DNA of 64,000 nucleotides from Candidatus Obscuribacterales bacterium (GTDB taxonomy: Bacteria > Cyanobacteriota > Vampirovibrionia > Obscuribacterales > Obscuribacteraceae), in contig CBDDIJ010000003.1 in assembly GCA_965228855.1 (NCBI GenBank), positions 2,304,001-2,368,000 on the forward strand, in the 5' to 3' direction. The position numbers and the translations under genes are program-made. Under the pieces are notes generated by a model. That model was not told where the DNA came from. It saw only the letters and a list, made by a program, of their open reading frames with translations, and ran no database searches. Shown piece after piece: positions 27,517 to 37,745 of this stretch (positions are counted from its first letter, which is position 1; the number at the start of each line of letters is the position of its first letter).

Positions 27517-29750
27517 GCACCCAGGACAACCAGTTGCGTCTTGATTTGACCAGGAAAGCCGTTCTTCTCTTTGCGGCAATCTTCATCGTGGAAGCTTTGT
27601 ATGTAGGCATTATTGCAAGCATGCTCTGGCAAACATCGAACAGCATTAAGAGGACTCAAGAATCCAGAGTGGTGGTTCAAGCCGTGGGAGAAGTCGCATA
27701 CGGGGCACAGGAGATAGTTGGGGAACTGCTCGAAGGATTTTTTAATGATGTGCTTCATCAGCCGCACAGACCGATCAAGATCTCTGCGGAGAAACGGCTG
27801 AAGATGATGGCGGACAATCTCGAAGAAGCACTTAAAAACGATAACTCACAAAAATCGATCGTCCGGGACATTAAGGAGATGTGCACAGATTCAGTACCAC
27901 CTCTGGTGAAAGATCTGAGGGAAGCAAACTGGGGCGATCCTGGCGATACAAGACGCTTCTCGATGATTCGGCTCGATGAAGTGAATGCAGATCTCATGCA
28001 CAGATTGGACGATATAACCAGCGTTTACGGCAAAGCTAAAGCAGATGCCGCGGCTGAACTTACATCACATACCAGCCTGTCCGCGACAACAGCAATTGTT
28101 CTCGGCTTTGTCGTAAATGCAGTTATCGCGCTCTTGCTCTATTTCGCGTTCATCAATGGAATCACCAGGCGTCTTTCAAAAATCGCGGAGGACATCTCGT
28201 TAGTAGCGAGCAAGAAGCAGCTACCCGCGACTGCTGCGAACCTCAAAGATTCGGCTGATGAAATCGATATGCTTGCTTACGAGATCAGGAAAATGTCGGA
28301 GAACTTCTCGGAAATTCAAAGTAAAGAGCGAACGCTTTTTGAAAACGTTCCAAGCATTATGTGCGCCATCAATGAGGACGGCCTAATTATGAGCGTAAGC
28401 CCTGGTAGCTCCGTTCTCTGGGGATATGATGCCGACGAGTTAGTTGGGAAACGAATGAGCGAGGTCTTTCACGATGCTGCGTTAGTTGAGGTAGCGCAAA
28501 AGTTGGAAGCGCTGTTCGAGGATGATGTCAACGAGATTGATTTCCAGGCAGCAGTCAGCACGAAAAAGCAGGAACGTCTGCAAGTGGCGTGGAAAGCGCG
28601 TCTTTCCGAAGACGGCACCGCCCTCCTGATTGGACACGATGTGACAGAAGAAGTAGAGGCACTCGATAGGATAAAGAACAGCGAGGAAGAGTTTAGAGCG
28701 ATAGTCGACAAAATGCCGATTTCGGTCGTCACGCTCGATGAGAACTATTCGATAACTTCAGTCAACGAAGCGACACAGGAGATGTTCAACACGCCGCCAC
28801 AGGCACTACTTGGGCGAAACATAGGCGCGCTCATCGCTGGCGCCACCACAAGCGGTGCCTCTGGAGCACAAGTTTTAGACCTTCTCTCATTGTCCGAAAA
28901 GAATCCGGTATCGCTGAACGTCGGTTACGATAAGGATTCAGTATTGCCGGTAGAAGTGAACACCAGCACTTACGTCAACGCGTACGCAAGAAAAACTTAC
29001 CTTGTAACATTGCAGGATATTTCTGTTCGCACAGAGATAGAAAGAGTCAAACAAGATTTTGTGGCAATGATCAGTCATGACTTACGGTCGCCGCTGACAG
29101 CCCTGTTCGGCACTTTGGAAACACTGGTTGAAACAACCGATGACAATCAGAATTCCGATAGCGCCGATAACGATTCGCCTCGTGAAAGCGAACCGGACAA
29201 GCCGTTGCTCAGGGCCAAAAACATCGTCTCCGATCTCGTCAATTTGATAAACGATTTTCTCGATCTCGAAAAGTTCGAAGCCGGGCGAGGTGTTTTGGAC
29301 CAGAGGAAAGAGCCGTTGCGAGACATTCTCAAAGAGACGATAGCCTCCATGCCAAGACTCGCAGGCGAACGAGTAACCACCTCTGCCTCGATTGAATCGC
29401 CAGTTCAAATAAAAATCGACCACGACCGTATGTTGTTTGCCCTGACAAACTTTCTGTCTACTGTTTTGCAATACTCAAGTGAGACTTCCAAAGTCAACGT
29501 GAGCGTTTTCAAAGATCAAAACAGTATCTCAGTGAGTTTCGCATGCCCGGAATTCGCCTTGCCCGAGTCTGTACGAAACTCATGCCTGTCGCGATATGAG
29601 TTTCAACCCGCAGCCAAAAATTCAATCCTGGATTCAAGCGGTCTGGCGCTTGCTCTATCGCGCGCGATAGTCCTGGCCCATGCAGGCAGCGTCACCTTTT
29701 CAGATGACCTGGGGACTCAAGCGATTATTATTCAAATTCCTACTGCCTGA
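27513..29750 (+). CDS. Membrane HAMP/PAS sensor histidine kinase-like protein; intact H-box, degenerate HATPase
   Basis: Same architecture; [14 protein letters not shown]-box [10 protein letters not shown], no DxGxG, G2 reduced to SGLAL; ATGA overlap with the previous gene. Confidence 0.85.
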   Translation: MSTQDNQLRLDLTRKAVLLFAAIFIVEALYVGIIASMLWQTSNSIKRTQESRVVVQAVGEVAYGAQEIVGELLEGFFNDVLHQPHRPIKISAEKRLKMMADNLEEALKNDNSQKSIVRDIKEMCTDSVPPLVKDLREANWGDPGDTRRFSMIRLDEVNADLMHRLDDITSVYGKAKADAAAELTSHTSLSATTAIVLGFVVNAVIALLLYFAFINGITRRLSKIAEDISLVASKKQLPATAANLKDSADEIDMLAYEIRKMSENFSEIQSKERTLFENVPSIMCAINEDGLIMSVSPGSSVLWGYDADELVGKRMSEVFHDAALVEVAQKLEALFEDDVNEIDFQAAVSTKKQERLQVAWKARLSEDGTALLIGHDVTEEVEALDRIKNSEEEFRAIVDKMPISVVTLDENYSITSVNEATQEMFNTPPQALLGRNIGALIAGATTSGASGAQVLDLLSLSEKNPVSLNVGYDKDSVLPVEVNTSTYVNAYARKTYLVTLQDISVRTEIERVKQDFVAMISHDLRSPLTALFGTLETLVETTDDNQNSDSADNDSPRESEPDKPLLRAKNIVSDLVNLINDFLDLEKFEAGRGVLDQRKEPLRDILKETIASMPRLAGERVTTSASIESPVQIKIDHDRMLFALTNFLSTVLQYSSETSKVNVSVFKDQNSISVSFACPEFALPESVRNSCLSRYEFQPAAKNSILDSSGLALALSRAIVLAHAGSVTFSDDLGTQAIIIQIPTA

Positions 29751-30975
29751 GTGAAAATACAAGCTCAATGATTTCGGCCACCACCTGGTTGGGCGTGGAC
29801 GCACCGGCGGAAACTCCGATTACGCAAGGCGCCTCGGGCAACCAGTTGGTCGCTATCTCACAAGTGTCTCCGTGCTGAGGCTTATGCCTGATCTCCTGGG
29901 CTGACAAAAGGCATGAAGGGCTGTCGATATGGTAGGAAGGCAGTCCCTTTTTAAGTGCGATCTCGTGAAGATGACCGGTGTTGGACGAGTTGAAACCACC
30001 GATAATCAGCATCAAATCCATCGGCTCCTCGATCAGACCGAGCATGGCATCCTGACGCTCCTGCGTAGCATCGCATATGGTGTCACCCGGACTGAGGAAG
30101 TGATCGTTCAAATTCCAAGGTCCATATTTGGACATCATGGTTCGCTCAAAGAGCTTGCCGATTAATTCGGTTTCCCCCTTAAGCATTGTGGTTTGATTGG
30201 CGATACCAATTCGTTCCAAATCGCGTTCGGGGTCAAAACCTTGCGAACAAGCCTGGCGGAAGCGGCTTAGAAATTCGTCTTTTGAACCGCCGTTCAAAAT
30301 ATACTGTGCAACCCATTCGGCCTCTTGCAGGTTCTGAACGATCAGGTAAACCTCTGCACGAGAAGAGGTAGCGACGGTTTCTTCGTGGCTGTGCTTGCCG
30401 TGAATAATCGCAGTGAAATCGCTTTGGGCAAATTTCTGCACTCTGGTCCAAACTCTGGAAACCCATGGGCAAGTGGTGTCTACGACTTCGCACTTGCGGT
30501 CTTCAAGAAAATGCATCTCTTCGACACTTGCTCCAAAGGCTGGCAAAATCACCACGTCACCTTCGTTAACACGCTCGAGATCCTTAGTTCCATCTTCGCG
30601 CAGCGGCAAAAAGTCGATTTCCATGTCGCGCAAATGCGAGTTCACGAGAGGATTATGGATGATCTCGTTTGTTATCCAGATCTTGCGATCGGGGAAATGG
30701 CGACGAGTTTCATACGCCATGGAAACCGCCCTATCCACGCCCCAGCAGAAACCGAAAGCCTCTGCCAGTCGGACGGTTATGCCATTGCGAGTTAGCGTGT
30801 TGCCGCCTTCTTTCAGCTCCGCGATTAGATCTGATTCATAAGCGCGCTTCAGATCGCCTTCGACGACATCCTTCAGACCGAATCCTTTTCTATGGTAGGT
30901 CGGGTTTTTCATTGCGGAAATTCTCGTTTGAACTTGTTCGAATTTTACCGAGTTTACTGAATATTTGCTGCCCAA
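29740..30975 (-). CDS. ispH: 4-hydroxy-3-methylbut-2-enyl diphosphate reductase (cyanobacterial/plant type)
   Basis: [51 protein letters not shown]. Start may be ATG 30912. Confidence 0.95.
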   Translation of the reverse strand: MGSKYSVNSVKFEQVQTRISAMKNPTYHRKGFGLKDVVEGDLKRAYESDLIAELKEGGNTLTRNGITVRLAEAFGFCWGVDRAVSMAYETRRHFPDRKIWITNEIIHNPLVNSHLRDMEIDFLPLREDGTKDLERVNEGDVVILPAFGASVEEMHFLEDRKCEVVDTTCPWVSRVWTRVQKFAQSDFTAIIHGKHSHEETVATSSRAEVYLIVQNLQEAEWVAQYILNGGSKDEFLSRFRQACSQGFDPERDLERIGIANQTTMLKGETELIGKLFERTMMSKYGPWNLNDHFLSPGDTICDATQERQDAMLGLIEEPMDLMLIIGGFNSSNTGHLHEIALKKGLPSYHIDSPSCLLSAQEIRHKPQHGDTCEIATNWLPEAPCVIGVSAGASTPNQVVAEIIELVFSLRQ

Positions 30976-31123
30976 ACCAGGATCGGGGTGTTATTATTTC
31001 TCTGGCACACACTTACTATGAACCCTAGTTGACAAGTGACATTCGTCGTTTTTGGGCACCAGCGGTAATTGAGAGCTCGTCCGTGCGAGTTTCTCGGGGT
31101 TCATAATTGGGGAGGAATTTTTC

Positions 31124-31519
31124 GTGAAGAAGTCGTTATTAACGCTCCTTGCTGCTCTCGCTCTCACTAACTGTGGACCTGCGAACGCAGAAGATATGAA
31201 AGAGATGGCAAAAAACACCGCTCTGTTTCCGGTCAAGGCACTAGCAATCGGATCGGGCATGGTAGTGGGCATCCCGGTCGCTATCACCAGACGCAGTTCT
31301 AATCGCTGCATCGAGTACACTCAGAATTTCGCAGACCAAATTGGCGGAAAAGAGCACATTCACCCGATGCTGTTCGGAAGCTTGATGGGAATGCCTTTCG
31401 GTCTTCTGGTCGGCACCGGCGAAGGAGTGTTCTTCGGTGGCAGAAACGCAATCAACCATGGCGTTGAAGAAAAACCATTCTCGCTGGCAACCTTCAGCCT
31501 CGATCCGGAACTGGAATAG
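31124..31519 (+). CDS. Hypothetical exported or membrane protein
   Basis: GTG start with GGAGG RBS; signal peptide; Gly-rich hydrophobic helices. Confidence 0.7.
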   Translation: MKKSLLTLLAALALTNCGPANAEDMKEMAKNTALFPVKALAIGSGMVVGIPVAITRRSSNRCIEYTQNFADQIGGKEHIHPMLFGSLMGMPFGLLVGTGEGVFFGGRNAINHGVEEKPFSLATFSLDPELE

Positions 31520-31566
31520 GCGCAACTGTTTCAGACAAAGAATCTGAGGCGCGGTATTCGCAGTAA

Positions 31567-31643
31567 GAATATTTTTCGCGCGATTTTTATTCCCAGCACG
31601 CAATTTATGCGTACTGGGAATATTTTTTGGTCGAAAATTATTC
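31567..31643. repeat. Long imperfect inverted repeat (extended hairpin) in an intergenic region
   Basis: TATTCCCAGCACGCA/TGCGTACTGGGAATA (14 of 15) plus outer GAATATTTTTCG/CGAAAATTATTC (11 of 12). Confidence 0.6.
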
Positions 31644-31863
31644 CCACCAGGAATGGCACTTTGAATTGATGGGCTCGAAGATTGGGTACGAAGATTGAGA
31701 GCAGCATCGCCTCGGGTTGAATATATCGGACGCTCTGAGTCCGAAAAGTCGCAATTCAGACGGACAAAGTTCTTCTTGACAAGCATGCAATAGATTCAGC
31801 TGGGTATAAAGCCTGGGGAGTAGGCACTTCTTTTTTCATTTTAGAGGGGACGGTTAGGCGTTT

Positions 31864-34800
31864 ATGCGAACAATTCCGAAGGAGCGGATACTTAGAGTCA
31901 ACTGTGCCGGATATGGCACGGACGCTCATTGGAATCTGGGCCGAGCAAAGAGCCTGAATAACTACAGTGCGATTATCGTCAATCCGACCAGTATCGCTCA
32001 CCTATTTGACAAGGACCCGGAGCTGGTCCGGAAGGTTGAGCAATGCCTGGCTGAGGGACTGACTTCTCTCACCGTTGATGACGATTTATTACTACGCAAC
32101 CTCGCCGCCGAGATCGACAGCCGAGTGTTGGAGCTTTCAGATTTTCTGACTCAAGGTGGAGTGCTCGTTTACTTCCTTTGCCGACCGTTTGTCATTCAGG
32201 GACCGAGCCTGTCACTGGACAATTACTATTGGCTTGAGAGTCTTGCGCCGGATCAGCCGGCAGAAAGAAACGTCCGTCACATGAGCGCCGTTTCGCACGG
32301 GCGGTTAATCGAACCTACGGCAGATGGCATGACGTCTGACTTCGGTCCGTATTTGCAACAGCACGGACTTGAATGGAGCACGCTGATCAGAACCGAATAT
32401 CTGACCGACGGTTATAACGTGCTGGCGGAAGCGGGTGCCAGGAAGTGCATTGCCGGACAGCTCTTTATAGTAGAGAGCAGTGGCAATGTAGTCTTTTTGC
32501 CGTCACCGTACTCACCGGATTTCGATAAAACTCTTATAGACTGCTTGAACAAATGGTATCAGTCTAAAGAACAAACCCAGGAAGAGCTCGATGCAGAGCG
32601 CCTGGAGATTCAAATGGCGGGCTCCGGTGTGAGCACGCCGGCCCCCCAGACGGGCCCCGCACTTTTCGATCGCGAACAAAATGCGTTTGAGCCTGCAGCA
32701 TCAGTCGAGATGGAAACAGCTCCAGCGGCTCCAGTTTCCGAGACGGATTCGGGCTTCAGTTTCAGCGCCGACCGAATAGCCGAATCGATTTCTCAGGACG
32801 CTCGAAAGTTTGAAGAGGAAGTTGCAAATCGCGTGCAAGAACCGAAGAAGACTCTGGGCAACATAGACTTGTCGATTTTCGCTCAAACGGCTCAACAACT
32901 AGTTCAAAAGGCAACCAAACCAGCAGAGCCGACAGTGCAAGATGAACCAGCGCAGGAAGCGGTGCAAGAACCTGCACCAGTGTCCGAGCCGTCAGCAATT
33001 GCAGAATCTGCGCCTGTCGCAGAACCTGAGTCAGTTGCGCAGGAAGCACCGATTCACGAACCGGCCGCCGAAATTCCGCAGGCGCCAGAACCAGAACCTT
33101 TGCCTGAGCCGATCGCGGAGAGTGCTCCGGCTGTCGATACCACTCCTGAATATGCACTTCCTGCAGAAAATGTGATTCAACCCGCCGAGCCCGATCCAGA
33201 AGAATCTATTCAATCAACTGGCGGTCAATCGCTCAGAAACATACTTTCGCATGCGGCGCCCACCGTCCCGGAGAGCGTGATGCCTCAGTCCGTATCACCG
33301 GCACCAGAGGTGCTACAAGAACCAGATGCGGCACAGCAGCCGTCACCACCTGCGATGGCACCAGCGCAAGCGCCGGCGTCGGCAGCGTCCTTGTTCGAGG
33401 ACGACGACGACGAATTCGGTAATGCAGAAGAATTAGCAAGACAAGCCGCAGCACAGGTGGCGCAATCAAATTCCGGAGCATATGCTCAGCCGCAGACAGC
33501 CCCGGCTCCTGCGGAGTCGTACTCAGATTCCGGTGTCTACAGCAGTCAGGCAGCGGATTACAACTACACTCGATCCGGCGCGTTTGAACAACCGCAGGTT
33601 GAACCGGCGCAGCAGGCATCTTCGTCGATAAGCGACTCGGGAGTTTTCAGCCAGGCTCAGCCTCAAGCGCCTGCAGCCGAGCTCTCGCCAGCTCCGACAC
33701 CAGAACAAAGAATTGTGACGCCACCACCGGCGGAGTCAACAATTTTACAGCCACCTTCGGGATTTGCCGCCTCAGTCGGCGGACCTCAAGACACAAACGC
33801 TGCCGTTCCTCCGTCACCACCGCCCGCGCAGGAACCGCCACTACCTTCCCCTGTTAACGCATCTGCTGGAGACAATTCTGTGACTAACGACCCCAACAAC
33901 AAATCTACAATGGATCTCCTTCGCGAACTCGAAAAAGCTCAGCGGCCGCAAGAGCATGAAGCGCCGCCACAAGCGATCCCGCCAGCGACTTCGCAAGTCA
34001 TGACTGCACCTGTTCCGGAGAACGGAACTCCCGCCAGACCTTTGCTCAATAACCTTTTCAAAAAAGACGCCGCCGACATGGCGCCTATTGAATCGCCACT
34101 ACCCGCAGTGCCACCTGCGGTTCCGCAAGCGATGCCTCAAACCACTCTTCCGCCGCCAGCGCCAGCAAGAAACACGCTTGGCGCGCTTATGCCAGCGGCA
34201 GAGTCTAGACCACAGGAAAGTTTCCCCTTGATGTCGAAGGATAACAACATGTCAAATCAGAACGTCCCGGACTGGTGCAGTGCTTACTCCTTCTCATATC
34301 TTGACGAATTGAAAAAGGAACAGAATGCTCTTGCCACACAACTGCAGGATGTTCAAGCAAAACTCAATACGGTAGAGTCCAAAATTTCGTCAGTAGAACA
34401 GCTGAAAAATGCGTTGTTAGCCGGCGAGGGCGAAGCACTGAAGGAAGCAGTCGGAATGGTTCTCGGTAAGTTGGGTTGGACAATCAACCACAACAACGCC
34501 ACACCGAACGAAGTTCTTTTGCTTAATGTCGATCAACCGGAAGCTCTCGTTCGCATCGTTCGCAGCGACAGCCATTGCGACCGCTCCGAAGTCGCCCATG
34601 TATCCGGCTCGGCAATCGCTTTCTGGGAAAAGCACGACATTGAACCAAAAGGCTTACTGATCGCTTGCACCTGGGCGAATATGAGCCCTCAAAGCCGTAA
34701 CCAACGAGATTTCGAAGAGGCTGTTTCGGAATTCGCACGCAAGAAAAATCTCTGCTTGATGACAACACTGCAGTTGATCGGCATCTATCGAGACCTCGAG

Positions 34801-34905
34801 CTGGGGCTCGTAACCCAAGATACGGTTCGTCGTCAGATGTTGGAAACCAGTGGCTGCCTCGTCGGCTACTCAGTTGAGGCCGGCATGGTCGGCGCACGCG
34901 CATAG
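31864..34905 (+). CDS. Large hypothetical protein: globular N-domain, long Pro/Glu/Ala-rich linker, coiled coil, C-terminal alpha/beta domain
   Basis: 1013-aa ORF; low-complexity middle; heptads LKKEQNALATQLQDVQAKL; C-terminal KGLLIACTW...FARKKNLCLMTTLQL. Confidence 0.8.
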   Translation: MRTIPKERILRVNCAGYGTDAHWNLGRAKSLNNYSAIIVNPTSIAHLFDKDPELVRKVEQCLAEGLTSLTVDDDLLLRNLAAEIDSRVLELSDFLTQGGVLVYFLCRPFVIQGPSLSLDNYYWLESLAPDQPAERNVRHMSAVSHGRLIEPTADGMTSDFGPYLQQHGLEWSTLIRTEYLTDGYNVLAEAGARKCIAGQLFIVESSGNVVFLPSPYSPDFDKTLIDCLNKWYQSKEQTQEELDAERLEIQMAGSGVSTPAPQTGPALFDREQNAFEPAASVEMETAPAAPVSETDSGFSFSADRIAESISQDARKFEEEVANRVQEPKKTLGNIDLSIFAQTAQQLVQKATKPAEPTVQDEPAQEAVQEPAPVSEPSAIAESAPVAEPESVAQEAPIHEPAAEIPQAPEPEPLPEPIAESAPAVDTTPEYALPAENVIQPAEPDPEESIQSTGGQSLRNILSHAAPTVPESVMPQSVSPAPEVLQEPDAAQQPSPPAMAPAQAPASAASLFEDDDDEFGNAEELARQAAAQVAQSNSGAYAQPQTAPAPAESYSDSGVYSSQAADYNYTRSGAFEQPQVEPAQQASSSISDSGVFSQAQPQAPAAELSPAPTPEQRIVTPPPAESTILQPPSGFAASVGGPQDTNAAVPPSPPPAQEPPLPSPVNASAGDNSVTNDPNNKSTMDLLRELEKAQRPQEHEAPPQAIPPATSQVMTAPVPENGTPARPLLNNLFKKDAADMAPIESPLPAVPPAVPQAMPQTTLPPPAPARNTLGALMPAAESRPQESFPLMSKDNNMSNQNVPDWCSAYSFSYLDELKKEQNALATQLQDVQAKLNTVESKISSVEQLKNALLAGEGEALKEAVGMVLGKLGWTINHNNATPNEVLLLNVDQPEALVRIVRSDSHCDRSEVAHVSGSAIAFWEKHDIEPKGLLIACTWANMSPQSRNQRDFEEAVSEFARKKNLCLMTTLQLIGIYRDLELGLVTQDTVRRQMLETSGCLVGYSVEAGMVGARA

Positions 34906-34911
34906 GGTTCA

Positions 34912-34964
<53 letters not shown>

Positions 34965-34993
34965 CTACTGGAATGGGGATCGCGTGAGCCAAA

Positions 34994-37714
34994 GTGACTA
35001 CACTACCAACTGTACTGATTTCAGGTGCTTCCGAGGAGCTCACGGCGAGGATCGAGCAGCTCATTCGAGGTCAGGCCGAGCTGTCTTTAGTAGAAAGTGT
35101 CACCCCTGATGCGGCCGCGAATCGAGATTTCAAAGCAAAACTCGTGTGGGTTGAACTTGAGTCAGACCCTGAAGCTAACGTCGCCCTCCTTGAGAGTTTG
35201 ATCAAGTCACATCCCAATACATTCTTTGTGGTTAGCAAAGAAGATCTTGAACCGGAACTCGTGAAGCGAGCGATGCAAGTTGGAGCTCTCGACTTTCTGG
35301 ATCACAAAGGCTGGGCGGCACAGATTCGAAGCGTCGTGCGCCGCATCATGGCAAAAGAGTTCGGATCAAAACCGACACAAGGAGCAGGCGGTCTCTCAAG
35401 ACAGCCTTCTCGCCAGTCCTCATGGGGACAACTCAACAGTGTGAAAGTGGCTCCCAATGCAGGCGGTTTCAAACGCGCCGAGCCCAATCGTCTTGCAGCA
35501 GCCCAATCACCACAGCCTCAACCGGTTCAGAAGCCAGCCCCAGCGGCTCCCAGTCCTGTGGCAAAACCGGCAGCACCACCACCGCCACCACCTGCGGTGG
35601 AACCGGAGATAGCCGAAGAAGATGAAGAAGTATTAGAGCAACCATTTGAGGAACCAACTCTTCCGGAGGCTGATGAACCTGTCGAAGAGAGCGAAGCGGG
35701 TTACGCGTCGGGCACCTCATACGAAGAACCTGAAGCCGAGTATCAGCAACAAAACTACGAAAACGAAGAAAGCGAACAGACAGGCGAACTCGAAGAATAT
35801 CCCGAAGCTTCAGGCGATGAAGCATACGCCCAAGGCGAAAACGATTTTGCGCAGGACAGTGAAACAAGCGCTGGTGGTGAAAACACAGACGATGCTGTAT
35901 ATCAGGGCGAACTAGGCGAGGCTTCGGGCGACGAGGACTCCCGGGCTGAGGATGGTTATACTGTCCAGGAGCAGCACGGAGAAGAACCAGTCTTCCAAGA
36001 TCAGTCCTTTGAGGATCCACAGTCGCCCGGGGAATTCGAATCGGAACCTGAGCAGCAACCGGAACTTGAATCGGAGTCGGAAGCGGAAGCGGAGCCGGAG
36101 CCGGAGACGGAACCAGAACCAGAACCAGAGCCAGAGCCAATCGCCGAGAAAGCAGTAAAGATCGAGACACCACAGGCGGTGAAACCCAAAGCACGCTGGG
36201 ATGATCTCGACTCTTTGATTTCAAAGGAAGCACCAAAAGCGGCAGCTGAAAAGAAACCCGCAAGCAAGTGGGGCGAACTCGGCAGCATCCAACCTAAGAT
36301 TTCAAAGGAGCCGACTCCATCCTCCGACAAGAAGTGGTCGGATCTCGACGCCATAGTAGCACCGAAATCGCCCGCTTCATCAGAGTCTCCGGCTGGTTCT
36401 ACCAGCAAGTGGGGCGACCTCGACTCTATCAGCGCGATAAAGTCAGAAGGAAGCGAGGAAGAAAACGAGACAGTTGAATCAAGCCCAGCTTCGAGCAAAT
36501 GGGGAGATCTCGACTCGATAGGAAAAGCGGATTCTGAATCCGAGCCGGAACCGCCGGAGTCCGTCGAAAGTAGCTCGGGCGACTTAGATTCGATAGGCGC
36601 AACTCCTAAAGCATTCGGAAAAACAGAAACGGGTCCATCCAGCAGCAAGTGGGGCGATCTAAATTCAATCGGCGCAAAGAAAGAAGAGCCAGTTGAGCCC
36701 GGAAGCAAATGGGGCAATTTAGATACAATCGGCTCCAGGGGTGGAGGCGGACTAAAATCCAATGCGCGCTCTTTTATCAAACCGAAAACGCCAGGTGAAT
36801 CACCGACTCGAACTAACAGCGGGCTGGGGGCATTTGCAGACCTGGGTCTAGCACCGGGTCAGGCGGATGCTGGTAGCGCATCCGGTGGCACTTCCGAGCC
36901 CAGCACCAGTCAATCAAAGTGGGGAGATTTGGGCGGTATTGGCTCAGGTAGCCCTGCCGGAAGCGAAAGCTCCTCGAGTGACTCCGAAAGTCCCAGTTCA
37001 GGACTCGCAGGTAATACAGGGCTCGGAGCGGGCACCGGTCTTGGTGGCGGAACCGGTCTCGGTGCAGGAGCTGCAGGCGGTCTGGGCAAACCGGTGGGCG
37101 GTGACGTCGACTCAAACCCGTCGGCTTTTAAGAACAGATTTGGAAGAAAGACTCAAAATATTGACTTAGCGACGTCGAATCCTCAGGACGCTTTGACTGG
37201 TAGCTCTGGTAGCGGCGCAGCCCCGCAAGCCGGCGGTCCCGGTAAATGGGGCAACCTCGACGCGATTGGCACTGCCGGCGGTGGCTCAGCTGGCGGCAGC
37301 CCAGCAGCCGGTTCCGCAGAATGGGGTGACCTGAGTTCGATACCAACTCCCAAATCCGCTCAAGAAGCAAGCGGAGGAAACTGGGGAAGTCTCGATTCAA
37401 TTCCAACACCAAAGGGTCCGGGAGAATCAGGGCCTACGCTTGTTGAAGGCGCTCTTCCAAAATCGCGTGCTCGAAACGAAGCATCTGAGAAATGGAAATC
37501 GGGCATGGGTGCAGAACTATCAGAAGGTCAGCGAGAATTAGGTGAACTCGCCGATAAACTAAAAGAGAAAGCGGCTGTTCGAGTTAAAGTTTCCGGCGGA
37601 TGGAAACAAGCAAGTATCGCCCTGGCTGTTGCAATCGTCGCGACGGTAGGCTACTTGAGCGTTGCCTTCTTCAGTGTTCCTGAGCCACCGCCGGAAATCG
37701 AAACAAACAATTAG
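34994..37714 (+). CDS. Protein with an N-terminal atypical receiver-like (CpaE-like) domain, long acidic disordered region with KWGDLDSI-type repeats, and a C-terminal TM anchor
   Basis: LVKRAMQVGALDFL receiver-like C-terminus with E in place of the phospho-Asp region (LVWVEL); repeated motifs; TM SIALAVAIVATVGYLSVAFF. Confidence 0.8.
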   Translation: MTTLPTVLISGASEELTARIEQLIRGQAELSLVESVTPDAAANRDFKAKLVWVELESDPEANVALLESLIKSHPNTFFVVSKEDLEPELVKRAMQVGALDFLDHKGWAAQIRSVVRRIMAKEFGSKPTQGAGGLSRQPSRQSSWGQLNSVKVAPNAGGFKRAEPNRLAAAQSPQPQPVQKPAPAAPSPVAKPAAPPPPPPAVEPEIAEEDEEVLEQPFEEPTLPEADEPVEESEAGYASGTSYEEPEAEYQQQNYENEESEQTGELEEYPEASGDEAYAQGENDFAQDSETSAGGENTDDAVYQGELGEASGDEDSRAEDGYTVQEQHGEEPVFQDQSFEDPQSPGEFESEPEQQPELESESEAEAEPEPETEPEPEPEPEPIAEKAVKIETPQAVKPKARWDDLDSLISKEAPKAAAEKKPASKWGELGSIQPKISKEPTPSSDKKWSDLDAIVAPKSPASSESPAGSTSKWGDLDSISAIKSEGSEEENETVESSPASSKWGDLDSIGKADSESEPEPPESVESSSGDLDSIGATPKAFGKTETGPSSSKWGDLNSIGAKKEEPVEPGSKWGNLDTIGSRGGGGLKSNARSFIKPKTPGESPTRTNSGLGAFADLGLAPGQADAGSASGGTSEPSTSQSKWGDLGGIGSGSPAGSESSSSDSESPSSGLAGNTGLGAGTGLGGGTGLGAGAAGGLGKPVGGDVDSNPSAFKNRFGRKTQNIDLATSNPQDALTGSSGSGAAPQAGGPGKWGNLDAIGTAGGGSAGGSPAAGSAEWGDLSSIPTPKSAQEASGGNWGSLDSIPTPKGPGESGPTLVEGALPKSRARNEASEKWKSGMGAELSEGQRELGELADKLKEKAAVRVKVSGGWKQASIALAVAIVATVGYLSVAFFSVPEPPPEIETNN
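35417..37402 (+). repeat. Dispersed coding repeat (S/G)KWG(D/N)LD(S/A)I, about 13 copies
   Basis: SSWGQLNSV, ARWDDLDSL, SKWGELGSI, KKWSDLDAI, SKWGDLDSI x2, SSSGDLDSI, SKWGDLNSI, SKWGNLDTI, SKWGDLGGI, GKWGNLDAI, AEWGDLSSI, GNWGSLDSI. Confidence 0.9.
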
Positions 37715-37745
37715 GCACCAAATCCGGTATCAACTGTTTTCTGAA

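Noticed and set aside
29740..29750. 11-bp convergent overlap of HK2 and ispH as a sign of truncation
   Set aside because: Both proteins appear to reach their natural C-termini, and short convergent overlaps are common.
35469..36780. Minus-strand ORFs of 264 and 259 aa
   Set aside because: Shadows of the low-complexity 34994-37714 gene.
36194..37402. Recurrent DNA word AGCAA(G/A)TGGGG(C/A)GA as a possible CRISPR array
   Set aside because: The copies are in frame, vary at synonymous positions and are irregularly spaced, and no cas genes are present; this is a protein motif repeat.
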